From: an uncultured Pseudomonadales bacterium
Lineage (GTDB): Bacteria; Patescibacteriota; Microgenomatia; UBA1400; PJMF01
Reading direction: 5' to 3'
Assembly: GCA_964574595.1 (NCBI GenBank)
Contig: CAZNOF010000005.1
Location: forward strand, 49,686 to 113,685
Length of the DNA: 64,000 nucleotides
Shown: one piece after another, positions 1-8,359 of the stretch
Layout of the letters: each line of letters opens with the position of its first letter
Numbering within the stretch: position 1 is the first letter of the stretch
Translations under genes and position numbers: made by a program
The notes under the pieces: model-generated
The model's input: only the letters and a program-made list of their open reading frames with translations
Database searches by the model: none
Told to the model about the DNA's origin: nothing

Positions 1-495
1 ACTGTTAAAGCCAAATGTATCTGAAATTTGAGAGGTAAAGTAACTAAAGTGTCCTTGGGTAATCAAGTGAACGAGGGTTTGATGCTCATAGAGGTCCCAG
101 TTTAATGAGTAGGGAGCGTGCCATGTCCAGATAAAGTAGGAGAGTGCTGATAAGCCCAGCGTAACAACTGCGACAGTGGCCGCGTTTCGATTCAGAAAAA
201 GTTTCAATTTTTTATACTGAATGGCTGAGTGAATCAGTGAAAATCCAGCCAGTGCATAAACAGTTGGGAAGAATAGCTGAGCAAAATTAAGTGTCGGAAT
301 GAGTCTTAGTACCAGATACTGAACCGCCATTGCCAGCGTAAAGATTGTCCCAGTTCCTATTAGAAAGGAGATAGGCAACATGGCTAAATGTTCCGGTTTT
401 TTGCGATGACTGGTTAACAATAAAAGACTTCGACCAATTAAAGTGGGGATCAAGTAGAACAATGCAGCTAGTAAAGTGATGAATAGAAAAGTCAT
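1..495 (-). CDS. Polytopic membrane protein, partial; the 3' end lies beyond the window start
   Basis: Hand translation of the minus strand from ATG (RC of 493-495) gives 165 codons with no stop up to position 1 (MTFLFITLLAALFYLIPTLIGRSLL...). The sequence is highly hydrophobic. The ATG overlaps the TGA stop of the upstream gene 492-1316 in an ATGA coupling. It is absent from the ORF track because it is truncated by the window edge. Confidence 0.5.
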   Translation of the reverse strand, partial: MTFLFITLLAALFYLIPTLIGRSLLLLTSHRKKPEHLAMLPISFLIGTGTIFTLAMAVQYLVLRLIPTLNFAQLFFPTVYALAGFSLIHSAIQYKKLKLFLNRNAATVAVVTLGLSALSYFIWTWHAPYSLNWDLYEHQTLVHLITQGHFSYFTSQISDTFGFNS

Positions 496-1316
496 TTTTG
501 CATTGCCTCGGCGGGCGTATCACTAATCATAAGCTTCATTGATGAAGTTACATACTGGGCTTTAGCATCAGGCACATTTTCAACCACTTCGATACTATTG
601 TTTAGTCTATTAATCCAGAGCGTCTGATGAGAAGTGGCAATCACCGAAATTAGGCCACTCAGATTTGGATTAGATAAAATAATTTTTTGAACTGGAAGAG
701 GAGAAAGGTCTGCTGTTTCGGCAGATTTTGCTAAATTCACTTGATAAAACTGGTTGTACTGATCGATATCGGCTGCAGATTTTTGGTTATAAATATGACC
801 AGCTTCATCAAAGACAAAATCTTCTTGCCCGTACTTAATTGTGAGCCCGGTTACAGACAAATTTGAAGTACTGTTCAGGAGCTGACGGGAGATAAAGACT
901 GTCCGGTTAGAAAATTGAGCTTGATAGGTGGCGGGATAAATCCCTTTGCTTTTATATTGCAACACGGGCGGATGAAAGTAGCTTTTCATGGCCAACAGGA
1001 CATCATCTTTTGAAGAAATAGTCGGCGGAGTTTTTTTCTTAATTTGCAATTGATCCAAAGTTGCTAAGGTACTTCTGCCACCATTCTTATCAACCACAAA
1101 ATCATCCAACGGCGAGATGCTGTAAAAATGACTTGGTGAAATGTTCTGGTAAAAGGCGAAGCCTGTCGGAAACGCCACGAACTGAAATGAACCAATCGTT
1201 TGATTTCCTAATGGAGTCGGCAACGGAACAGTGAAGATGGCAAACAAGAAAATAGCGGCTAAAATTGCACAAATCAAGGCATCTTTAAAGATGAGCAAAA
1301 CATTCGGCAATTTCAT
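492..1316 (-). CDS. Hypothetical membrane-anchored protein with an N-terminal TM helix and a ~240-aa extracytoplasmic domain
   Basis: The 274-aa ORF has a hydrophobic N-terminus (ALICAILAAIFLFAIF) and an AAGG RBS about 10 nt upstream. No family could be recognised. Confidence 0.45.
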   Translation of the reverse strand: MKLPNVLLIFKDALICAILAAIFLFAIFTVPLPTPLGNQTIGSFQFVAFPTGFAFYQNISPSHFYSISPLDDFVVDKNGGRSTLATLDQLQIKKKTPPTISSKDDVLLAMKSYFHPPVLQYKSKGIYPATYQAQFSNRTVFISRQLLNSTSNLSVTGLTIKYGQEDFVFDEAGHIYNQKSAADIDQYNQFYQVNLAKSAETADLSPLPVQKIILSNPNLSGLISVIATSHQTLWINRLNNSIEVVENVPDAKAQYVTSSMKLMISDTPAEAMQK

Positions 1317-1331
1317 ATATTTCAGTATACC

Positions 1332-1574
1332 TTAAAGTCCCTTTTCAGTCAGACATTTACGGTATAAGTCGTCGATTGGACGAGAAATTGTGGTGCCAGT
1401 TTTGTCGGCAAATTCTAATCGGTAACTCATTGCACAGTCTTGAGTGGCCATCAGGTTTAGGTAACGGTCTACACGTGGTAAGGACATCACTAAAACACCG
1501 GCTAACACTCCAGCCAGGGCAAAAATAGCTACTGCGATTAAAAGTTGGCCAACGCCACTTAGTACATTTTTCAT
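1332..1574 (-). CDS. Small membrane protein (80 aa)
   Basis: A single strong TM segment (LLIAVAIFALAGVLAGVLVM). It is tightly packed between flanking minus-strand genes. Confidence 0.35.
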   Translation of the reverse strand: MKNVLSGVGQLLIAVAIFALAGVLAGVLVMSLPRVDRYLNLMATQDCAMSYRLEFADKTGTTISRPIDDLYRKCLTEKGL

Positions 1575-1724
1575 AAAAACCTCAGGGGTTCAAAAACAAA
1601 TAACGAGAACCCTATCACTGCACGAAATTGCTTTCATGGAGTCATAGGGTCAGGCATACAAGACTGACCTTGTTTTAAGATATGTAGGGTGGATACTTGC
1701 GCATCCACCCATTGTTCAAACTTG

Positions 1725-3005
1725 TTACTGACCCTTAGGGTCCGATTCACCGCGCCAGACAATGAAGTTGGCGGGCAGTTTTTCCGATACGGATCCCGGC
1801 ATAACTGCGTAGAAAATGGTGACGATCGGCCCATTTTTGGGCATAGGGACGAACAGGTTCAATGCTGAGAACTTCTCACCGACCTTGGGAGTACCATGGC
1901 CGGCCCACTTGTCCAATGAAGTTCCTGTGGTGTTTCCACCGCAAGACCAGCACGGGTTCAGGATAACGAGAACTTGGTCCATAAGAACCTTGTCCCCGCT
2001 GACGATGGTGACGACTGCTATGCCACCCATAAAGAGCGCCAGTTCGGGCGAATTGCCGCGTTCTGAATCAAAAGCATCTACGACAGGTGCCACTTTGTCC
2101 TTGCGGGCGAGTGACTGGGCCTTTTGCTGATCAAAACTGAACGGGAAAAAGTCCATGTTGCCAACGAGTACTCCATTCGACGCTTTAGGTGTTACCCCAA
2201 AGAGCGATGGCCAGAGGTATTGAGCCTCGTCCAATGCGGCGTCTCGCTGGAAATTGCAGCGGTTCAGGAAAGTCCAAGGGATGTAAGCATCCGCATGAAC
2301 ATTTTTTCCGGGCTCGTTAGCCTGTAGGGCTTCCGTTGGGAGGACCTGCCCGTTTCCTACAATGTCGAACCCCTTTGCGCAGGTGTTCTGGTAGGCGAAC
2401 GGAACTTGCACGAAGTCCACCTTGTCCCATTTCTGGGTTGGGGTGTCGACGCACAGGAACCCCATAAACATCGTCTGTTTCTGGATCGTGTAGAGCACAT
2501 CGTTATTCACGACGGCGCAACCCTGACCGACGGGGATGATGATCCCTGCGGACAGATCTGCTGCCAAGGCCGAAGCCTGACTGGAGATGGTTGCGGAGCG
2601 GGGTTGTTCCGCTGTCGGTTGAACGACGAGTGTCTGCGTTGCCGCAACGATTGTCGGAATTGCAGTTGACTGAGCCACGACTGTTGAGGTCGGGTTCGGT
2701 GCCTGCAGCGTTGATGTTGGTGCCTGAACTGTCGGCGTAAGCGCCTTTTGAGTGGCGATGTACGCGTCCACCTCAGCTTGCGAAACCGTGGGAATGGCAG
2801 TTGCCGCCTGAGCGGTGGCAGCCATTTGCGTGCCGGCAATTTCCGGGACCGTCAGGCCAGCTTGCGCCGGTGCTTGGGTTGGAGACATGCCGATTTGCGA
2901 GCCGGGAGTCGCGGTGATGAAGTTAACGGGTGCTGCGCCATTCGGCGAGCATCCCACGACGGCCAGAATGGCCAAGAACAGAACGATTGCGAGTTTCTTA
3001 CTCAT
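1725..3005 (-). CDS. Lipoprotein with a ~150-aa Thr/Pro/Ala/Gln-rich linker and a C-terminal globular domain of unknown function
   Basis: The start was reassigned to the internal ATG at 3003-3005 (MSKKLAIVLFLAILAVVGCSP; lipobox LAVVGC), which has an AGGT RBS upstream. The low-complexity TP-rich region is encoded by ~2504-2948. The DNA is GC-rich (~55%) relative to its surroundings. Confidence 0.6.
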   Translation of the reverse strand: MSKKLAIVLFLAILAVVGCSPNGAAPVNFITATPGSQIGMSPTQAPAQAGLTVPEIAGTQMAATAQAATAIPTVSQAEVDAYIATQKALTPTVQAPTSTLQAPNPTSTVVAQSTAIPTIVAATQTLVVQPTAEQPRSATISSQASALAADLSAGIIIPVGQGCAVVNNDVLYTIQKQTMFMGFLCVDTPTQKWDKVDFVQVPFAYQNTCAKGFDIVGNGQVLPTEALQANEPGKNVHADAYIPWTFLNRCNFQRDAALDEAQYLWPSLFGVTPKASNGVLVGNMDFFPFSFDQQKAQSLARKDKVAPVVDAFDSERGNSPELALFMGGIAVVTIVSGDKVLMDQVLVILNPCWSCGGNTTGTSLDKWAGHGTPKVGEKFSALNLFVPMPKNGPIVTIFYAVMPGSVSEKLPANFIVWRGESDPKGQ

Positions 3006-3055
3006 TTGCTTTTTACCTCTGACTGATTTGGACGAGATGAATAAACTGGATACGA

Positions 3056-3499
3056 CTAGGGTGAAACGCGGCGACGGAGAACGAAGCGGCGGTAAAGCCA
3101 CTTCAGAATTTCCCAGACCGACAGAACAAGTGCTGCCCCAACTAATCCGTAAAGAACAATTGGGTTAGAATTGATAAATGCCGATAACCGGTTCGGTTGG
3201 CCCGGATCGACCCAGAAAATTGCGGCCAGAATGGCCAAGGTAACAATGATCGCAACAGTACCAAAGACCGCTTTACGCGGATTGCGGCGGTTGTAGAGCC
3301 AGTTCGAGGTACGGTCAGACATAATGTATGCCGACACGAACCATTGAATGACTCCCCAGACCACAATCGTGATAATGACGGTTTGGACGGTATTATTGTT
3401 CATTGCCGCCACAACATCAGCGGGCGTGCCGTAAGGCAACACCGGTTGCGGTTGCTGCAAAATCTGCGAAAGACCACCAAGCAAAGCGAGATGTAACAT
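3056..3499 (-). CDS. Small polytopic membrane protein (147 aa, ~3 TM)
   Basis: Hydrophobic segments (VIITIVVWGVIQWFVSAYIM; VAIIVTLAILAAIFWV; IVLYGLVGAALVLSVW). It is GC-rich like the upstream lipoprotein gene. Confidence 0.45.
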   Translation of the reverse strand: MLHLALLGGLSQILQQPQPVLPYGTPADVVAAMNNNTVQTVIITIVVWGVIQWFVSAYIMSDRTSNWLYNRRNPRKAVFGTVAIIVTLAILAAIFWVDPGQPNRLSAFINSNPIVLYGLVGAALVLSVWEILKWLYRRFVLRRRVSP

Positions 3500-4025
3500 G
3501 ATCGAAACTCCTTGAGTTAGACGAACTTTGAACGAATTTGAAAAATCTTAAAACGGATCAAGCACGTCAGTGGCAGGAAGCCAGCTGACAATTTGCCCAG
3601 CGTGCCAATAAGTCTGAGCTTTCAGAACTTACCTTCACGGTGGGCAAAGCCAACGGCTAGCCATTAATATGCTAATCCTGTATGCCTTGTTAATCTTATT
3701 TCAGCGTTTTTACTAAAGGAAACCTCTAGCGAAACAATGAATAAGAGCTGTCCAAGCTTGTATTACTACAAGCCAGAACGATCTACTGCAAACGAATGAG
3801 CGCTCTTTTCTGAGGTACAAACCGTAGTGGTTTGCCTTAAAAAAATATGAGCAACTGTTGTCTGCAGCGAACTCATCACAGGGGAGTGAGGAAGTCGCTG
3901 GAGAAAACTGTGTATATTGTTAATTCCTTTCTTTTAAAATACTCTTTAGTATATCAAATTGAGTCGAATTTGTCAATGTTATAGGCCTATATTGTCAAGA
4001 GAGTGCTAGATAGGCAGGCACAAAA

Positions 4026-4090
4026 AAGATGCTTCCGGTGGGTCGACTTTGCGAACAAAATCAGACTGCTCGTGAAGCATCTTTAGGTTA
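4026..4090 (-). terminator. Rho-independent terminator candidate downstream of 4096-4431 (minus strand)
   Basis: An inverted repeat aaagatgcttc / gaagcatcttt (4026-4036 and 4075-4085) on the minus strand is followed by a run of six T. The loop is unusually long (~38 nt). Confidence 0.4.
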
Positions 4091-4095
4091 TGAAA

Positions 4096-4431
4096 TTATT
4101 TTGTGTAAATGTAGGTCACTGAACTCAGCACAAAGACCATACTTAAGGCAGCGATGACCATGTTTAAATTTGGCAAAGCAGTATTGGTTTTAGTTGCGTT
4201 GTGAACTGGGATTTGAACAACAACTTCATGACAGTTTTGAACGCCATATGAAGTGGTGTCACAAACAGTTTCTGTACGAGTTGCAGTTCCGTCAGCTTTG
4301 ACAGTGGTTACAAAAAAGCCCATCAATAAAACAGTGATGAGAGCGATGAGAGGTAATTTTGTAGTCATTTTTTGCATATTCTTGTGATCACAAAAAGTGA
4401 TCGCTTTAATAATGTTTTGATATACTAACAA
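4096..4431 (-). CDS. Small secreted protein with an N-terminal signal peptide and a C-terminal TM anchor
   Basis: The signal is MTTKLPLIALITVLLMGFFVTTVKADG and the C-terminal hydrophobic segment is MVIAALSMVFVLSSVTYIY. The start may be the internal ATG at 4377 or 4368; no clear SD is visible at any of the candidates. Confidence 0.45.
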   Translation of the reverse strand: MLVYQNIIKAITFCDHKNMQKMTTKLPLIALITVLLMGFFVTTVKADGTATRTETVCDTTSYGVQNCHEVVVQIPVHNATKTNTALPNLNMVIAALSMVFVLSSVTYIYTK

Positions 4432-4514
4432 ACTTACGTCCGTTTGTCAATACTTATAAGGACGTGATTAGCCAGGCTAAGACGACCTATAGCGAGTTAT
4501 TTAGGGCAGGAAAG

Positions 4515-5747
4515 TTAGTTTTTCACCAGATATGCCATCGAGTCAACTTGGCTAAATCTATAGAAATCTGTGAACTTTTTATCATAGCCTTGGGCAGGAT
4601 CGTGCATCGTGTAATCACCGTGTTCGCCTGCCTTGATGACGATGAAGTGTCCGTCTCGGCTGTTCACTCTTAGGTGGAAGATGACTGGTCGATCTGCTTT
4701 CAGCTCGGAATCGACCTTATCTTGATTCAAACCAGATTGGACATAGCTGTACCCACCTGGGGCTGGCCAAGGTCGAACCATGTAGGCCGTATTCGAGAAA
4801 AAGTAGCTAGAATTACGAGCAATTGATAAAGGAGTAACATCCTCGCCAAACTTCTTCTTGATCATGGCTGTGCTGCTGATTAAGCAACCAACCTCGAGTA
4901 TATTTCCTTCATTCCTAGTACCGCAACTGTTGCCAATACAGGCATTTGCCCACCTCTGGTCGCGCTGGCTAAAATACCAGCCATCTGGACTGTGTTGCTC
5001 AGGCAAGATGCCAATTCCTAAACTGGTCGAGAAAGCCTTAAAAGATGAAATTTCCGCCTGGGCTTGAGTGAGCAGCTGCTGATACCTGGCTTCGTCGTTC
5101 TTGGTCTGGGAGAGCAGATTAGTTTGTTCCTTTTTCTGCTGATCAAGCTCAGATTGCTGCTGAACCAGGAGGGTTTTCTTCTTATCAAGTTCATCCTGTT
5201 TTTGCTCTTTTAAGGTCTTTTCTTGGTCAAAACTCGTCTTTTGGTTCTCGGCTTTTGCCATTAGCTCACTGGTATGTTCTTGGGCAATTTGCAGATATTT
5301 ATACTTGGTGAAAAAGGAGTCAATGGTATCAGAAACCAGGAGCAACTCGAGGGGATTTGATTGGTGACGTTTATAGTTGGTGACAACACGCTGGATCAAG
5401 ATATCGGTCATGCTATCAAGAGATGTATTTAGTCCAGATATACGCTCTGAGAGGTCTTGAATGTCCTTCTCGAGCTGATTTATCTCAGATTTGGTCTGGT
5501 TGATCTGGAGCTGCTCAACTAGGATCTTGCCATTAATGACGCTAATGGTGCTAGCTAATGTGCTGGCTTGAGCTTGCTTTTCGTTGATTTTCCCCTGGAG
5601 ACACTTAATTTTATCCGTAGTAGCCATTCCGTCACAATCTTCTGCCTGGACTCTTTGATAGAGGTTGAAAGATGGCGTGCTCAAAAAACTAACCAAAATG
5701 AGGCAGAGCGTCCCAAACTGTAGTACCAGGCGTGTGCGTTGTTTCAT
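4515..5747 (-). CDS. PcsB/EnvC-like coiled-coil peptidoglycan hydrolase with a C-terminal peptidase C39-like cysteine peptidase domain
   Basis: The protein has a signal peptide and ~200 aa of heptad-like Q/E/K/L-rich coiled coil. The C-terminal region carries a VGCLISSTAMI Cys motif and a later GHFIVIKAGEHGDYTMHDP His motif that resemble the Peptidase_C39_2 catalytic dyad. It lies immediately downstream of ftsE-ftsX on the same strand, which is the classical arrangement. Confidence 0.6.
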   Translation of the reverse strand: MKQRTRLVLQFGTLCLILVSFLSTPSFNLYQRVQAEDCDGMATTDKIKCLQGKINEKQAQASTLASTISVINGKILVEQLQINQTKSEINQLEKDIQDLSERISGLNTSLDSMTDILIQRVVTNYKRHQSNPLELLLVSDTIDSFFTKYKYLQIAQEHTSELMAKAENQKTSFDQEKTLKEQKQDELDKKKTLLVQQQSELDQQKKEQTNLLSQTKNDEARYQQLLTQAQAEISSFKAFSTSLGIGILPEQHSPDGWYFSQRDQRWANACIGNSCGTRNEGNILEVGCLISSTAMIKKKFGEDVTPLSIARNSSYFFSNTAYMVRPWPAPGGYSYVQSGLNQDKVDSELKADRPVIFHLRVNSRDGHFIVIKAGEHGDYTMHDPAQGYDKKFTDFYRFSQVDSMAYLVKN

Positions 5748-5765
5748 GTTCCTTTTTAGGCAGAA

Positions 5766-6638
5766 TTAGGCTCTTCTCATCATCCGTTGGACTGCAAATG
5801 AACTGGCCAAGGCTCCAAGCAAGATGCCTACTCCAGTGCCAACTCCAAGTTGCATCGCTAACAGTTCAGGACTGAATGGCAAAAGTGGTACTGGACCAAT
5901 AAAGTCTTTTAGCCAAGGAGTTACGTAGAGTAACCCGACGTACATCAGACCCCAGCCAATGAGTGAACCCATAATGCCATAGAGTACGCCTTCAGAGATA
6001 AAAGGGGCTTCTACATACCATTTAGTCGCTCCTAGCAACCTCATAATGTGAATAGCTCTCTTCTTGATAGCTACTTTCATCCCACTGATGATGACGATAA
6101 TTACAAACGAGGTAAATGCCAAGATACTGACACTGGCTAAACCAATATATCGGAGAGATTTGGTGCCTTTTTGGAGGCCTTCAATCACATCTTGCTGATA
6201 AACGACTTCATCTACACCTTTGGCAGCTTGTAAGTCACCCTTAATTTTAGTAAGTGCGTCGGCGTTTCTACCTTGTACTTCAATACTTGCTGGCAAGATA
6301 TCGGCAGTAACTAGCTCAAGCAGTAATGGATCTTTTTTATTGTCGTCTCGATAAATCTGTAAGGCTTTGTCCTTACTAATGACTGTCACATTGGAAACAT
6401 ATGACTTATCCTTCATTTTTAAAGCCAGCTGCTGAACTACGTCATCGGTTGTATCAAGTTTAAAGAAAGCGGTAATTTGTGGTTTCGTTTCAAAATACTG
6501 CAGAACCTGCTCACTGCTGTAGAGAAAGAGTGAGAAGGTATAACCCACGAAAAATGTGATTGAGAGAATTAAAATTGCCGCGATAGCCTGATAAGGGGAT
6601 CGACGAATAGCGGTGAAGGCACTGGCAATGTGTTTCAT
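5766..6638 (-). CDS. ftsX: Cell division permease FtsX
   Basis: A 290-aa protein with FtsX topology: TM1, a large extracytoplasmic loop, then three C-terminal TMs. Its start overlaps the ftsE stop as ATGA. Confidence 0.8.
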   Translation of the reverse strand: MKHIASAFTAIRRSPYQAIAAILILSITFFVGYTFSLFLYSSEQVLQYFETKPQITAFFKLDTTDDVVQQLALKMKDKSYVSNVTVISKDKALQIYRDDNKKDPLLLELVTADILPASIEVQGRNADALTKIKGDLQAAKGVDEVVYQQDVIEGLQKGTKSLRYIGLASVSILAFTSFVIIVIISGMKVAIKKRAIHIMRLLGATKWYVEAPFISEGVLYGIMGSLIGWGLMYVGLLYVTPWLKDFIGPVPLLPFSPELLAMQLGVGTGVGILLGALASSFAVQRMMRRA

Positions 6639-7645
6639 GACTTTTTCTCATCCTTTGTTTCTTCAAGACTCTCAATTTGGACCATCATCTCTTTTAAGTC
6701 TGGCGTGTCTTCATCTGATTTCTCATTTTCCAGAACGGTCTCAATTTCTTCTGGTTTTTTATCATCTTCACCTTTTTTGGCTTGTTTCTTTCGGAACGGG
6801 AAGGCGAAGTGAATTTTGGGCAAAGAACGTTTGGGCTTAATTGGAGCTTCTGCTTCATCAATCAGTTTTTCAGATTCAACTTGTTTAGTGAGTGCATCCT
6901 TCTCGAGCTGATTTTTCTTCGCTTCGGCTACTTCATCAACTTCTGCTTCAACTTTGGCTGGTTTGGCGGTTTTAGATTTCTTCTGTTTGGTATCTTCGTT
7001 AATTTTTCCTTTTGCCAGGTTCAAACGACGATGGTTGAGGGCATTTAGGACTGTGGGGTCATGCGTTGCAAAGATAATCGTGGTACCGAGTTCATTAATT
7101 CGATTGAACAGCTTTGCAATCAGCATGGTATTTTGTGGGTCCAAGTTGCCAGTCGGCTCATCTGCTAACAAAACTGATGGTGCTGTTGCCAACGCCCGAG
7201 CTACACCAACTCGTTGAGATTCACCGCCAGAGAGTTGGCTTGGGAAGACGTGAGCTTTATCAGTCAATTGAACAAGCTCGAGTAGATCCGTCACACGCTC
7301 TTCTATTTCTTGATTTTTCTTACCCATAATTTCCAGAGGTAAGGCAATATTTTCCCAAATGTTCAATTCTGGTAGAAGTCGATAATCTTGAAAGACCACC
7401 CCAATTTGGCGACGATGCTTGTGAACTTTACCACCTTTTATTTTACTCAAGGGAACATCATCAAAATCTACGTCTCCAGAAGTGGGTACATACTCTTTGG
7501 TAATAATTTTGAGTAATGTGGATTTTCCTGAACCAGAGTGGCCAGTCAAAAAAACAAATTCACCTGTCTCAATTTCAAAAGAAACATCATCTAAAGCTGG
7601 AGATTCACCACCGAAGTCTTTGGTGACGTTGTTGAACCGAATCAT
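6635..7645 (-). CDS. ftsE: Cell division ATP-binding protein FtsE with an unusual ~115-aa Lys/Glu-rich C-terminal extension
   Basis: Walker A GHSGSGKST, ABC signature LSGGESQRVGVARAL and Walker B LLADEPTGNLD. The true start is the ATG at 7643-7645 (MIRFNNV...); the ORF-track start at 7660 is a TTG. The C-terminal tail is encoded by ~6638-6988. Confidence 0.85.
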   Translation of the reverse strand: MIRFNNVTKDFGGESPALDDVSFEIETGEFVFLTGHSGSGKSTLLKIITKEYVPTSGDVDFDDVPLSKIKGGKVHKHRRQIGVVFQDYRLLPELNIWENIALPLEIMGKKNQEIEERVTDLLELVQLTDKAHVFPSQLSGGESQRVGVARALATAPSVLLADEPTGNLDPQNTMLIAKLFNRINELGTTIIFATHDPTVLNALNHRRLNLAKGKINEDTKQKKSKTAKPAKVEAEVDEVAEAKKNQLEKDALTKQVESEKLIDEAEAPIKPKRSLPKIHFAFPFRKKQAKKGEDDKKPEEIETVLENEKSDEDTPDLKEMMVQIESLEETKDEKKS

Positions 7646-7711
7646 AATAACAGTGTACAAGATTTTAGGTCAGAAATTCAAGGTGTAGAGTCAGCTCATC
7701 CAGAGGTAAAA

Positions 7712-8308
7712 TTACTTTTCTGTTGGAGGTTGTGCCTGTGTATCAATCACTTCTACGCGACCAACGTCCATTAACCAACCTGCTTTTTGGCCTCTAAATG
7801 TTTCGCCCCAGACTTTTACCTTCATGCCTTCAAACTTTGACAAGTCTGTTACAGAAGAAGTGAGGTACACCGTTTGAGTGGCACCACCCGGGCGAAGCAA
7901 TTTATCAGAACCTTCTCCGTCAATACCACCGGCTTCCATGTAGCCATCTGCACTATCTTTGAAGTCTGATTCCTTGGCACTGCCAAATACATCACCATTT
8001 TTAATGTTGGTACCAGCAACTGCTTGAATCGCTTTGCCTTGGTAGACATTTCCACCTGTAGTTTGGGCGGCACGAAGTTTGCCAATTCCTACACCAGTGG
8101 CAACACCTCCTAAAACGACGACGATTGATAAGACAATTAAGAGGCTACTTGGTTTCATACTTCCTTTCACAGATGTTGAGTCAGCTGCTGTTGCACTAGT
8201 TGGTCTTGAGTTTGAAAACGAATGAATTGGTACCTGGCGTGCGGCGCTATTTGGTTGAGGAGTTTGTTGATTTGCTGCGGTGGAAGATGAGAAGCCAGAA
8301 TTTTGCAT
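7712..8308 (-). CDS. Hypothetical single-pass membrane protein with an extracytoplasmic domain
   Basis: An S/T/A/Q-rich N-terminus is followed by a TM segment (LLIVLSIVVVLGGVATGVG). An alternative start at the ATG 8156-8158 (MKPSSLL...) is possible. The function is unknown. Confidence 0.4.
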   Translation of the reverse strand: MQNSGFSSSTAANQQTPQPNSAARQVPIHSFSNSRPTSATAADSTSVKGSMKPSSLLIVLSIVVVLGGVATGVGIGKLRAAQTTGGNVYQGKAIQAVAGTNIKNGDVFGSAKESDFKDSADGYMEAGGIDGEGSDKLLRPGGATQTVYLTSSVTDLSKFEGMKVKVWGETFRGQKAGWLMDVGRVEVIDTQAQPPTEK

Positions 8309-8359
8309 GAAGCTATAATACTATAACTTTCTACGTTTGGAAAATTCAGAATCAGTTTG

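Noticed and set aside
287-523. ORF-track entry of 78 aa on the minus strand
   Set aside because: It is out of frame with, and fully overlapped by, the longer edge-truncated membrane-protein frame (1-495) that is translationally coupled to the upstream gene.
1634-3168. Multiple 60-117-aa ORFs on both strands overlapping the 1725-3005 lipoprotein gene (1634-1834, 1816-2130, 2124-2327, 2406-2669, 2507-2839, 2748-3026, 2815-3168)
   Set aside because: They lie inside a GC-rich gene, where random long ORFs are expected in other frames. The 458-aa frame has a lipoprotein signal, an RBS and coherent domain structure, and the others show no RBS or motifs.
3561-3606. Hairpin with a GGAAGC(C)AGC segment reminiscent of SRP RNA domain IV; also searched 3500-4095 for tmRNA, RNase P and riboswitch signatures
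   Set aside because: The apical loop is AGGAA (5 nt), not the GGAA tetraloop. The conserved flanking internal loops do not line up. No T-arm (GGTTCGA-type) or RNase P P4 motifs are present. There is not enough evidence to call any known RNA family.
6613-7329. Plus-strand ORFs (6613-6840, 6782-7048, 6954-7217, 7114-7329) antisense to ftsE
   Set aside because: They are antisense to a strongly supported ABC ATPase gene, with no motifs or RBS.
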